Below the pieces are notes generated by a model. The model ran no database searches and was not told the origin of the DNA. It saw only the letters and a list, made by a program, of their open reading frames with translations. 64,000 bases of DNA, taken from NCBI GenBank assembly GCA_030684695.1, contig JAUXXX010000127.1, positions 8,250 to 72,249 of the forward strand. The letters are read 5' to 3'. Shown here one piece after another: positions 30,581 to 40,365 of the stretch. Each line of letters starts with the position of its first letter. Position 1 is the stretch's first letter. The translations under genes and the position numbers were made by a program. The stretch is from a bacterium. Its GTDB lineage: Bacteria; Bacillota_I; Bacilli_A; Izemoplasmatales; Hujiaoplasmataceae.

Positions 30581-31531
30581 CTAGTTTAATTTCTCCAAAT
30601 ACCGATAAAGATCTGTGATGGGTCTTTTTTTGTTTAGGGCTTCTTGTATATCGCAATAATCAATTTCAATTCCTTTGGAGAATACTGCTTTTCCACTTAA
30701 TCCTTTTCCTAACAAATCAACCGCAAAACTACCCATTTTACTGGCTAACACACGGTCAAATGCTGAGGGAGTACCCCCTCGCTGAATGTGTCCAAGAACT
30801 GTGGCTCTTGTTTCATACAAGGTGAAGGCTTCAATCTCTTTAGCCAACACATTCACATCAACGATATTTTCAGCCACCACTATGATGATGTGTCGTTTTC
30901 CCATTGCCTTTGCATTTTTAACGCGTTCTAACACACGTTGCTTTTCAAAGCCCGTTTCTTTGGTAATTACGATTTCCGCTCCACAAGCTACTCCAGCGAA
31001 GATGGATAAATCTCCACAGTCTCTACCCATCACTTCAACTACCGTGCAACGTTGGTGTGAAAATGAGGTGTCTCTTAGTTTATCAATGGCATCAATTGCC
31101 GTATCAAGTGCGGTAAAAAATCCAATGGTGTATTCTGTAGAAGAAATATCGTTATCAATCGTACCAGGAAGTGCAATGCATTTGATTCCCATTTCATTGA
31201 GCGCCATCGCTCCTCGATACGTTCCGTCTCCACCAATGACAACCAAAGCATCAATACCATGGTTATTCAAATGTTTAACCGCAATTTCACGAACCTCTTT
31301 TTGAGCGAACTCTTTTAAACGGGAAGACCCTAAAATGGTCCCTCCACGATTTAACATTTGACCAACATCATTTCTTCCAAGTTTATAGATTTTCCCTTCT
31401 ACCAACCCTTTATAGCCATCTTGTATTCCATAGGCCTCCATGCCATAATAAATCGCTGTTCGGACCACAGCGCGGATGGCCGCATTCATCCCGGGTGCGT
31501 CTCCTCCTGATGTTAATACTCCTATTTTCAT
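30581..31531 (-). CDS. pfkA: ATP-dependent 6-phosphofructokinase
   Basis: MKIGVLTSGGDAPGMNAAIR, GGDGT, PGTIDND, and MGR motifs. Confidence 0.97.
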   Translation of the reverse strand: MKIGVLTSGGDAPGMNAAIRAVVRTAIYYGMEAYGIQDGYKGLVEGKIYKLGRNDVGQMLNRGGTILGSSRLKEFAQKEVREIAVKHLNNHGIDALVVIGGDGTYRGAMALNEMGIKCIALPGTIDNDISSTEYTIGFFTALDTAIDAIDKLRDTSFSHQRCTVVEVMGRDCGDLSIFAGVACGAEIVITKETGFEKQRVLERVKNAKAMGKRHIIIVVAENIVDVNVLAKEIEAFTLYETRATVLGHIQRGGTPSAFDRVLASKMGSFAVDLLGKGLSGKAVFSKGIEIDYCDIQEALNKKRPITDLYRYLEKLN

Positions 31532-31538
31532 TTGTATG

Positions 31539-34500
31539 TTACTCCTCTATTTGCTCAATACGGTCAATGATTAATTGCGATTGATGATTTCGTACTTCTA
31601 AAGTTCCTGAAAATACATATACTTGATGCCTTTTTAACAATGCAAGATATTCATGATGCTTTTTAGGAAACAATACTGCTTCGATAGTTTGAAGATGATC
31701 TTCAATCTCAATAAACGACATCGGTTCCTTGCTTTTTGTCTGAATGGTTTTGATTCGTTGCATAACACCAATGAAGCGAACTGGCCCTACCTGGTCAAGT
31801 ACTATTTCACTGGGCAGACATATTTTATATTTCTTTGCATAGGCTAAAAACTGATTTAATGGATGGTACTGCATGGAAAAGCCCAATAATTCTTTTTCTG
31901 ATTGTTGTAAATAATCAAACTCATACTCCTCATAAGGCGTATACATAAACTCCATGCTTGATGGTCCATCGCCAAGTTCCGCAAACCGAATAATCGGTTT
32001 TAAATTTTCGATAAGTGTCCGTTTGTTTTGGCCAAAGCCATCAAAAACGCCTGCCATAATCAGCGATTCAATGGCGCGATTGTTGATGTCTTTTCCTCGT
32101 CTAATAAATTCTAGGAAACTGGTAATTGGACCCAAGGATTGAATTTCGACCAATCGCTTTGCGATGGTTTCACCAATCGAACGAATCCCTAAAAATGGAT
32201 AGCGCAATTGCCCTTCTTCGAGACGATAGTGAGCGGAAGATTCGTTGATATGTGGCGGTTTTACTTCAATACCTAGACGTCGACATTCTTTGATGTATTC
32301 CGCAGTGGCATTCAATGAACCCGCAACAGAATCCATCAACACCGCCATAAATGCGGTCGGATAATTGGCTTTTAAATACGCCATCCAATATGCAACGAGT
32401 GCATAGGCAACCGAATGAGACTTATTAAATCCATAGTTTGCAAACTTAACGATGTAATCATAGATTTCATTGGCAATATGTTCGCTATGCCCTTGCTTGA
32501 GGGACTTGCTCACAAATTTCGAACGTTCTGCTTGTAAAATAGCATCGCTTTTTTTACTAACCGCACGTCGCAATACATCAGCTTCGCCAAGTGAATAATT
32601 GGCAAAATCGCGTGCGATTTGCATGATTTGTTCTTGATAAACAATAACCCCTTTGGTACCTTCTAAAATCGGTTGTAAAATGGGGTGAAGATATTCAACC
32701 TTCTCTTGGTGAAACCTTCGTTTTAGGTACGTTGGGATGTTTTCCATGGGTCCTGGGCGAAACAAAGCAATGCATAAAGAAATATCATCAAATGTAGTTA
32801 ACTGCATTTTTCGCATTAAGTTCATCATACCATCGGATTCTAGCTGAAAAATTCCTAAAGAATGTACATCTTGAAGAAGTGAGAACGTTTTGGAATCATC
32901 AAATGGGATTTTATATACATCGACCACTTCAGAAGTCGTTTCTTTGATCAACTCTACCACTTTTTGAATGGTCTTTAAATTGCGTATTCCTAAAAAGTCG
33001 ATTTTATTAAGTCCAATGCGTTCTAAATCAGCGGCTTCGTATTGTGTCTGGTACATGTCTAATAATCCATTTTGCACAGGCGAATACGCTAGGACATTTT
33101 CTTGAGTGATAATGATACCAGCAGCGTGTGTCCCAATGTGTTTGGGTAAGTTGATAAGTTTTGAAGATACTTCGAATAAAAACGCAACTTCTTTGTTCTC
33201 AATTAAGTTGTGATATTTTTGCGGTTGATCTTGAATAAAATCTTGAATGGAATTATTCGTAGAACTTAAGTACTCACTAATCTCTGATAAGGTACTATCT
33301 GGCATTTTTAAGATTCTACCAACATCTCGTATGGCACTTTTCCCTTGAAATGTCCCAAAGGCAACGATGTTGGTTACATGATTCTTGCCATATTTATCTA
33401 CCACATAACGAATGACTTCATCTCGTCTATCGTCTGGAAAATCCATATCAATATCGGGCATAGTAATGCGTTCTGGATTCAAGAAACGTTCAAAAAACAA
33501 GCCATGCTCCAAAGGGTCCACATCGACAATCCCTAACACATAGCTTACCAAAGAACCTGCCGCAGAACCACGTCCTGGTCCTACAAGGATTTGGCTACGT
33601 TTCGCAAATAAAACGAAATCCCATACGATTAAGAAGTAATCTTCATATCCCATTTTTTCTATCATGGATAACTCAAAAAGAAGTCGATTCAAATATACAT
33701 CGAATGTCGCTTTTGGCCGCGTCATTTGCACATATCTTCTATCGAGTCCTCTTCTTGCCAATCTAGACAAAAATACAGAAGGTAGTTCGTCAGTAGGTAA
33801 GGGATATTTAGGAAGATGACGTTGTCCAATCGGGATGACCCAAGTAATCGAATCGATGAGTCGTTTCGTTCGAAGGATTGCTTCTTCATACCCTTTATAC
33901 CTAGTATTTAACTCTTCTATGGAGAGTAAAGATTGATCTACTGCTTCTGTCGTAAACAAACCACTCTCCATGGAAATGGTATCTTTTAGAATTTGAGATA
34001 GTATATTGGCTGCTGTTTTATCCGATGATTGATAATAACTAACCTGATTAATGATTACGGTGTTACCCAATTGTTCGTACCATGGAGCGACAATCGTTTC
34101 TACTTCAAAGTTGCCCAAATCAATACCCAAGTACCATTCTTGTAAATACTTATTGTACTGACCTACTAGATACGTTGCTGTGTCAAAGTCTTGTTCTAGT
34201 GCTGTTTGGTAGAAATCTCCTTTGCTTGGAGATTGAACAAAGAAGAGTCCTGTGGACCAATTGGTTAGCATTTCCAAAGTGATGGGAGTGGATAACGTAT
34301 TGATATGGGAACTAATTTGTATTAAATTCTGATATCCATTCTGGTTTTTTGCATAAGCAATTAATGTAGATGATTTACCAAAAACACCGGTTATCGGAAA
34401 CTCTAGTCCAATAATCGGTTTAATTTTGGCTGCAATACATGCCTCACTAAATTTAATCGCCGCATACATGACACCTTGATCTACCAATCCAAGTGTCTTA

Positions 34501-34595
34501 TATCCAGCGACACTTGCTTTTTGAACAAGGACTTCAACGTCAATTAAACTTCCATTGAGGGAATAACTTGTCTGAATCATTAAATCATAATTCAT
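31539..34595 (-). CDS. dnaE: DNA polymerase III alpha subunit (DnaE type)
   Basis: About 1020 aa. Palm motifs MPDIDMDF and GLNKIDFLG, fingers FANYGFNKSH, and a C-terminal OB domain. Start probably ATG 34595. Confidence 0.95.
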   Translation of the reverse strand: MNYDLMIQTSYSLNGSLIDVEVLVQKASVAGYKTLGLVDQGVMYAAIKFSEACIAAKIKPIIGLEFPITGVFGKSSTLIAYAKNQNGYQNLIQISSHINTLSTPITLEMLTNWSTGLFFVQSPSKGDFYQTALEQDFDTATYLVGQYNKYLQEWYLGIDLGNFEVETIVAPWYEQLGNTVIINQVSYYQSSDKTAANILSQILKDTISMESGLFTTEAVDQSLLSIEELNTRYKGYEEAILRTKRLIDSITWVIPIGQRHLPKYPLPTDELPSVFLSRLARRGLDRRYVQMTRPKATFDVYLNRLLFELSMIEKMGYEDYFLIVWDFVLFAKRSQILVGPGRGSAAGSLVSYVLGIVDVDPLEHGLFFERFLNPERITMPDIDMDFPDDRRDEVIRYVVDKYGKNHVTNIVAFGTFQGKSAIRDVGRILKMPDSTLSEISEYLSSTNNSIQDFIQDQPQKYHNLIENKEVAFLFEVSSKLINLPKHIGTHAAGIIITQENVLAYSPVQNGLLDMYQTQYEAADLERIGLNKIDFLGIRNLKTIQKVVELIKETTSEVVDVYKIPFDDSKTFSLLQDVHSLGIFQLESDGMMNLMRKMQLTTFDDISLCIALFRPGPMENIPTYLKRRFHQEKVEYLHPILQPILEGTKGVIVYQEQIMQIARDFANYSLGEADVLRRAVSKKSDAILQAERSKFVSKSLKQGHSEHIANEIYDYIVKFANYGFNKSHSVAYALVAYWMAYLKANYPTAFMAVLMDSVAGSLNATAEYIKECRRLGIEVKPPHINESSAHYRLEEGQLRYPFLGIRSIGETIAKRLVEIQSLGPITSFLEFIRRGKDINNRAIESLIMAGVFDGFGQNKRTLIENLKPIIRFAELGDGPSSMEFMYTPYEEYEFDYLQQSEKELLGFSMQYHPLNQFLAYAKKYKICLPSEIVLDQVGPVRFIGVMQRIKTIQTKSKEPMSFIEIEDHLQTIEAVLFPKKHHEYLALLKRHQVYVFSGTLEVRNHQSQLIIDRIEQIEE

Positions 34596-34646
34596 CACAT
34601 CTATCACCGGTTAAATTATACCATAGAGTGTTAGAGTTCCTTGTAC

Positions 34647-35966
34647 TCATTTCTTTTTTATGATGAAATAAAGACCAACTAAACCTACAACTGTCAGTAG
34701 TATCTGAACCCAGTATATCTCATTCAAACCATTTGGTTCCTCTAGAGGCTTTGCCATATCAATTCGAAACTGTGCTGTTTCGTATAGCTGATTTTCCATG
34801 TATAATTCCAATACATAATACCCAGACTCATCCAAATAGATGTGGTCAACGAACAGCTCCCCATTTATTTTAGCAACTCCATTTACATAGATTGTTACGG
34901 GATTTGTCGATACACTATGTGATTCTATTCCCCGAAAAGAGGGCAAGATTTGTACTTGATACTCTCGCTTAAGCCCGTTGATGCCTTCTAGTACAATTTC
35001 ATACTTCCCTGCCTTCGATAACACAAATCCATTGGATACTTTTTCTCCATTCACAAAAATAGAAGGTGCATTGGTAAAGATTGGAATGGATTCTTTGCTC
35101 GTACTGTTTTGAAGTACTCCGTTTAATCTCGGCTCAATTGTAATCTCTTTTTGGTAATAGTACCCAAAATATCCCATGATATTGATCATGTAAATTCCGG
35201 GTGTTTCAAGCAAATATGGAGAAGTCCTCACTTGTCCATTGACCTTTAGTACGCCACTTGTGGTAATTTCGATGGGTTCATATGGATCATGTTTTGATAA
35301 TTCATGCACCCATTTGGGATGGACGGTTAAGTAAAAACGAAGCGTTACTCCTGTGAAGTTCATATAGGAAAGTGTATATTTTGATGAATCAAGTGGTTGA
35401 AGGTTTTCGGTTTCTTCCATGATGTTACATTGGCCAAAACAACGAAAACGTTGATCTATATCCCAATCAATGTGTTGAACCAATGGGATTATTTTAAAGG
35501 AGGAATCGATTTGATAATAAGGGCCATGTTGATCCAATTGTACAATCAATTGATCAAAAATATTTCCACTATAAAATATCTGCTTTTCTAGTTCTATGGA
35601 GTCAATAAAATACCCATTTTTTTGAATGAGTATCAACTCCGTTGGGTAATGGTACCATACTTGAAAATCTTGAATATATCTCGAGTGCTCCACCACTACA
35701 ATTAAAGTATCCCCTACATCTGCGATAAATGTAATGTCCACCATATACTCTTTGGAGATAACAAACGTGTGAATCAACTCATTTGTTTGAGGATCCATCA
35801 CTCGCACAAAACCTTCTTTTTGATCCCAATGATTGTTCTCACGGAAGTACCCATACTCATATAAATAAGTTTCTCCATGTAAACGACCATTAACTACTTC
35901 ATTTGGATACGGTTGAACCCCTTGCATCAAACACCCTAACCACATAAGAAACATGTACCACCACAT
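34647..35966 (-). CDS. hypothetical secreted, C-terminally TM-anchored beta-rich protein with three internal VNG repeats
   Basis: AAAGGAGG RBS before ATG 35966. N-terminal hydrophobic signal. Three modules of about 45 aa of the type [IV]xVNG...GxYxI. Terminal TM VQILLTVVGLVGLYFII-KKK. Confidence 0.5.
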   Translation of the reverse strand: MWWYMFLMWLGCLMQGVQPYPNEVVNGRLHGETYLYEYGYFRENNHWDQKEGFVRVMDPQTNELIHTFVISKEYMVDITFIADVGDTLIVVVEHSRYIQDFQVWYHYPTELILIQKNGYFIDSIELEKQIFYSGNIFDQLIVQLDQHGPYYQIDSSFKIIPLVQHIDWDIDQRFRCFGQCNIMEETENLQPLDSSKYTLSYMNFTGVTLRFYLTVHPKWVHELSKHDPYEPIEITTSGVLKVNGQVRTSPYLLETPGIYMINIMGYFGYYYQKEITIEPRLNGVLQNSTSKESIPIFTNAPSIFVNGEKVSNGFVLSKAGKYEIVLEGINGLKREYQVQILPSFRGIESHSVSTNPVTIYVNGVAKINGELFVDHIYLDESGYYVLELYMENQLYETAQFRIDMAKPLEEPNGLNEIYWVQILLTVVGLVGLYFIIKKK

Positions 35967-36023
35967 AAAAAAACCTCCTTTGTATACAAGATACGTCAAA
36001 GGAGGCTGGTTTCTTTTATGAAA

Positions 36024-37214
36024 TTATTGGTGTGTCAAACGAAGAGTATCTCTTGCAATCATGACTTCTTCGTTGGTTGGTACAACAAAGACTTTAATTG
36101 TAGAGTCATCTGTAGAAATCAAACGTTCAATGCCTCGGCAATTGTTTCGTTCACGATCAATTTTGACTCCAAGAACAGCCAAACGGTTGATGATATTTTC
36201 GCGAGTTGATGGAGCGTTTTCACCAATACCTGCAGTGAAAACGATGGCATCGGCTCCACCCATGTACACATAATAACTAGCAATATAATCTGCAATTCGT
36301 TTTGCTTGAATTTGGATTGCTAAATCCGCGCGATGATTGCCCTTAGCGGCTGCATCATTGACATCACGGGAATCACTCGAAATACCAGAAACGCCTAAGT
36401 AACCAGAGAATTTATTTAAAGTGTTTGTAATTTCCTTCACTGATTTTTGTTTCTTAATGCCCATATATTCAATAATAGCAGGGTCAATATTACCGCTTCT
36501 TGTTCCCATTGGAACTCCTTCTAAAGGAGTGAATCCCATGGTTGTATCCACAGATTTTCCAGCTTTTACTGCACATAAGGAAGCACCATTCCCAAGATGA
36601 GCAACGATGATATTCACTTCTTCTGGTTTCTTTCCTAAGATCTCAGCAGTTCGATGAGAAACATATTTATGGGAAGTTCCATGAAAACCATATTTCCGAA
36701 CACTATATCGTTCATACCATTCATAGGGAACGGCGTACAAAAAGGCCTCTTCTGGCATCGATACGTGAAACGCTGTATCAAATACACCAATATGCAAAAC
36801 ATTGGGCAATACTTCTTTAAACGCCTTCACACCCGTAATATTTGCTGGTAAATGAAGTGGGCCTAAATCAATAATGCTTTCAAGCAACTCCACGGCTTTG
36901 TCATCCAATATGCATGAATCGGTAATGACATCTCCTCCATGTACAATTCGGTGTCCAACTCCTTCAATTTCTTCAAAAGATTGGATGATGTTGAAATCAA
37001 TCAATTTTTTCAATAAAATAGTGACTGCTTCTCCGTGATGTTCGATATCACTTGTTTCATTGATTTTTTCACCATTTACTTTTATGGAAAAAATTGAATC
37101 CTTCATTCCGATTCGTTCAATCACTCCTGTAGTAATCACTTTTTCTGCTGGCATATCTAGTAATTGAAACTTTAGAGATGAACTGCCTGCATTTACTGCC
37201 ATTATTTTAGCCAT
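36024..37214 (-). CDS. ackA: acetate kinase
   Basis: MAVNAGSSSLKFQL, HRIVHGG, YGFHGTSH, and FTAGIGEN motifs. Confidence 0.97.
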   Translation of the reverse strand: MAKIMAVNAGSSSLKFQLLDMPAEKVITTGVIERIGMKDSIFSIKVNGEKINETSDIEHHGEAVTILLKKLIDFNIIQSFEEIEGVGHRIVHGGDVITDSCILDDKAVELLESIIDLGPLHLPANITGVKAFKEVLPNVLHIGVFDTAFHVSMPEEAFLYAVPYEWYERYSVRKYGFHGTSHKYVSHRTAEILGKKPEEVNIIVAHLGNGASLCAVKAGKSVDTTMGFTPLEGVPMGTRSGNIDPAIIEYMGIKKQKSVKEITNTLNKFSGYLGVSGISSDSRDVNDAAAKGNHRADLAIQIQAKRIADYIASYYVYMGGADAIVFTAGIGENAPSTRENIINRLAVLGVKIDRERNNCRGIERLISTDDSTIKVFVVPTNEEVMIARDTLRLTHQ

Positions 37215-38160
37215 TTTTATGTTCCCCTTTGTGCATGTTTTCTTTTATCCATTGGTTAATATGTGAAATCGTCATTCGTGACGATGATTCATCTTGGAAA
37301 TCGGGTAATTCCACAATCAGCGCTTTTTCAATCTTTGTAACAGTAGGACCTTGTTTTTGCAGTATAAGAATACTTTTACTAAAACGCTTAAACATACTAG
37401 ATGGTAACTTGATTAATCCAATTACAGAATACTTTTCTTGAATTAATTGGCGAAAGTCGTTACTTTGAACATGATCGAAGAAATCATCGAAAATGATAGA
37501 GAACACGAATCCAGCAGGTTGTAAATTTTGATGATGGTGAAGTAGCACCTCATAGGGAAAATAACGTTCTTGTGTGAGTTCATGTTTGGAAAAATCCATT
37601 ACCAAGCAATCCACCCATTCTCCTAGATAAGTCATGGTATCTTGAAAAAATAGTTGAGGTTGTTCGTCAAGCATTGCAAAGAGCGATTGAAGCATTGAAA
37701 ACATCGGTTTGGATGCCTCTACCCCAAACAACTCTACTTCTTTGTCAAGCGCATGTTCAATGGTAGCTAGTAAATTTCCACTCCCTGCAAGTGGATCAAG
37801 AAGGCGGATATGTTTTGGATGAATGAACTTCTCAATCAAATAAGCAAGAAATATTCCCACGGTATCTGGAGTAATCACTTGATTGGAAATCCCAAGTTCT
37901 TTGAGTCCTTTTAACATAACCAATTGCATTGCTTTCCTGATTTCCTCTTTATGAAAGGTGGTTTGCTTAATAGAGGAAAGAAGGAGTTCTAGTTTTTTTT
38001 GCCCTTGTAATGAAATGTCTTGGAGAACACTCGACTCACAAGCATTCAATACAGCCTCATGAAGTGCTTTGATGTAATCCCAATCCATTTCCCTTTGAAG
38101 CAAAGATGCAGATTGATCTAAATATTCAAACATCACTTCGATATGCTCCTGATTTAGCAT
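37207..38160 (-). CDS. class I SAM-dependent methyltransferase (YtxK-like; conserved upstream partner of ackA in Bacillus)
   Basis: SAM motif I LLDPLAGSGNLL. Overlaps ackA by 8 nt, the same synteny as B. subtilis ytxK-ackA. Confidence 0.7.
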   Translation of the reverse strand: MLNQEHIEVMFEYLDQSASLLQREMDWDYIKALHEAVLNACESSVLQDISLQGQKKLELLLSSIKQTTFHKEEIRKAMQLVMLKGLKELGISNQVITPDTVGIFLAYLIEKFIHPKHIRLLDPLAGSGNLLATIEHALDKEVELFGVEASKPMFSMLQSLFAMLDEQPQLFFQDTMTYLGEWVDCLVMDFSKHELTQERYFPYEVLLHHHQNLQPAGFVFSIIFDDFFDHVQSNDFRQLIQEKYSVIGLIKLPSSMFKRFSKSILILQKQGPTVTKIEKALIVELPDFQDESSSRMTISHINQWIKENMHKGEHKNG

Positions 38161-38273
38161 AGTAACACCTCAATTTATTTTAACATACTGAATAAATATT
38201 CACAACAAAAAACTCATGATTCGTGGCCGTTGAAAGATAAGCGACTTTATGATAATATAATGACGGTGATCTT

Positions 38274-38570
38274 ATGAAAAAACTCGCAATTCGATTAATT
38301 CAATGGTATCAACGTGCCTTTTCAGGCAAACAGCCGACCTGTAGGTTCAAACCCACTTGCTCCAACTATGCCATAGATGCTTATCGATACCACAACTTTT
38401 TTTACGCTTCTTTGTTAACAATTTGGCGAATCATTCGGTGTAATCCCCTTGTGAAAGGTGGATATGATCCGATTCCAAAGTTTAAAAAAGAATTAAAAGC
38501 GCAATTAAAGGCAGAGAAGGAATCACTTGTTCAACCCTCAAGTCCGAAAAAAGACGACGCTTCTTTGTAG
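38274..38570 (+). CDS. yidD: membrane protein insertion efficiency factor YidD
   Basis: [11 protein letters not shown]...[14 protein letters not shown]...[15 protein letters not shown] matches the YidD signature. Confidence 0.9.
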   Translation: MKKLAIRLIQWYQRAFSGKQPTCRFKPTCSNYAIDAYRYHNFFYASLLTIWRIIRCNPLVKGGYDPIPKFKKELKAQLKAEKESLVQPSSPKKDDASL

Positions 38571-38581
38571 CGTCGTTTTTA
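38546..38581. terminator. bidirectional terminator between yidD and the convergent antiporter gene
   Basis: A-run, then ACGACGCT-7 nt-AGCGTCGT, then T5. Confidence 0.7.
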
Positions 38582-38582
38582 T

Positions 38583-39941
38583 TTAGTGGTGTGTTGAATG
38601 CGTAGTAGTTGAAGACGAGTCCATGTTATTGTCATTCATGCCATGGAAATAGGCTAATTGTGCAGGGCTTACTTCATTACACGCTAGCATAGCACGCTGC
38701 GACACGAATGGTCCTACAAGCTGATAAAAAAAGGCCGCAATCAAAATAACAATATAAATGGTTGTTCTCCACACGTGAGGCAATGCCTCATTATGTAATA
38801 ATACTTGAGCCATCCCAATCGATACCGTAGCTTGAGGTAGTAAACATCTCACTAGGTATTTCACAACAGACTCCGGTGCATGTTTCACTTTTGAACCAAC
38901 CACGACTCCAACTTGCTTGCCAACAACTCGAATGACAGCATATGCCAATGCGATTAAAATGTATATAAAGATTGATGTTTCCGCCTCAGTGATGAATACA
39001 ACCAAATTCATACCAATCAAAGCAAAAAATGCAAAGATGAATGGAGGAGTAAATGCATCAATGGCTTCATCATTTTCTTTTCGTACTTGTTTGGGAACGA
39101 GGTTAGTAAAGATGATTCCACAAAACATCGGAGTTAAGATGGGGCTAACGATGAAATGAATCTCCCCTAAATGGAATTGATGCATCGATAAGGCAACACA
39201 CAAGACAATAGCGAAAACGGACTCTGTTAAATAGTTTTGTTTATATTCAGGATCTTTTTTAGCTGTCGTACGAATAATCAATGCTAGGGCAGCTCCGATT
39301 CCCCCACCCATTAAAATCGATCCAAGTATTTCAAAAACTGGTTCCAAAATAGCATGGCTTGATTCAACGTGACCACTTTGATTCACAGCAGTTGCTATCG
39401 CCATTACAATCGCGAATAAAATAACACCGATGATATCGTCTACTCCAATGTGAGGCATAATAGCATCGGTTAAGTGACCTTTTGTCTTAAATTTTCTTGA
39501 AATATACATTATTGTTTCCGGAGAAGTTGCCATGGCAATGACTCCAACTACCAAAGCGATTTCCCATGGTGCCCCTAGTAATATAAACAATCCCGTTACG
39601 AACCCTACTGTAAAAATGGCCTGGAAGATGACGATGACAATAACTTCTGAAATACTATGGAATAGTTTACGATGATGAAGTCTTGTTCCTAACTCAAACG
39701 CAATAAATGCCAAAGCAACACTTGAAATCAAACTTAAATCCGTATAAATAGATTCAATATGAAATCTCTTCAGCAAAAAACCGACAATTATGCCGGAAAC
39801 AAAATACCCTGTAATCGATGGAATCCGTAGCGCCTCGCTCAAACGTGCAAGAAGCGTTCCCAGTACGATTAACAATGCGAGAAAGGCAAAATCGGTAAAA
39901 ATAGTTTCGTTGATATTCCCTGCAAGGGTAAGTATACTCAT
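38583..39941 (-). CDS. cation:proton antiporter (CPA-family Na+/H+ exchanger)
   Basis: About 12 TM helices with a Na_H_Exchanger-like layout. Start probably ATG 39941 (GAGGT RBS); the track uses TTG 39959. Confidence 0.75.
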   Translation of the reverse strand: MSILTLAGNINETIFTDFAFLALLIVLGTLLARLSEALRIPSITGYFVSGIIVGFLLKRFHIESIYTDLSLISSVALAFIAFELGTRLHHRKLFHSISEVIVIVIFQAIFTVGFVTGLFILLGAPWEIALVVGVIAMATSPETIMYISRKFKTKGHLTDAIMPHIGVDDIIGVILFAIVMAIATAVNQSGHVESSHAILEPVFEILGSILMGGGIGAALALIIRTTAKKDPEYKQNYLTESVFAIVLCVALSMHQFHLGEIHFIVSPILTPMFCGIIFTNLVPKQVRKENDEAIDAFTPPFIFAFFALIGMNLVVFITEAETSIFIYILIALAYAVIRVVGKQVGVVVGSKVKHAPESVVKYLVRCLLPQATVSIGMAQVLLHNEALPHVWRTTIYIVILIAAFFYQLVGPFVSQRAMLACNEVSPAQLAYFHGMNDNNMDSSSTTTHSTHH

Positions 39942-40066
39942 CACAAGACCTCGATTCAAATCCCTAATCCATTATATCAAAGTTTATGAAATAAACAAGC
40001 CAATAAAACACCCCTGAAAACGGATTCAAATGATTCTTACAAGAATATAAAATGCAAGTTTAATTT

Positions 40067-40185
40067 CTAAATGTTTAGTGTAGTTGTTTTCCCAACCTGT
40101 CTTGATCCTGTGATCAACAATACTTTGAACATTTCTATAGCTTCAATGTTCTTCTTTTCAATATGTCTTGTGTAATATATCGTGC
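40067..40185 (-). pseudogene. 5' remnant of an AAA_14/DUF4143-type ATPase gene (about 37 codons, then a stop)
   Basis: Own translation: ...YYTRHIEKKNIEAIEMFKVLLITGSRQVGKTTTLNI*. The Walker A context xLLITGxRQVGKTT is typical of this family, whose proteins are about 400 aa. GAGGTG lies upstream, but no clear ATG. Confidence 0.45.
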
Positions 40186-40249
40186 CACCTCTTTTCGTAA
40201 TTAATGGAATTCAACTCCATTTTAGACGAACACAGAGATTTTTTTCATC

Positions 40250-40302
40250 AAAAAAGGTCTGATACCTGAGGCGATTTGTAAATCGCTTTGATATCAAACC
40301 TA
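40250..40302 (-). terminator. long-hairpin terminator after the AlbA_2-domain gene
   Basis: Minus strand: GGUUUGAUA...(inner GCGAUUU/AAAUCGC)...UAUCAGACC followed by U6. Confidence 0.6.
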
Positions 40303-40365
40303 TTCATTCAAGGTGTTTTGAGTAGCCTATTATAATACCATCTATATGCAAAGAAGACATTTGCT

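Noticed and set aside
30786-31304. 172-aa plus-strand ORF inside pfkA.
   Set aside because: It is antisense to an unmistakable PfkA frame, and its Ser/Thr/Ala-rich composition is typical of shadow ORFs.
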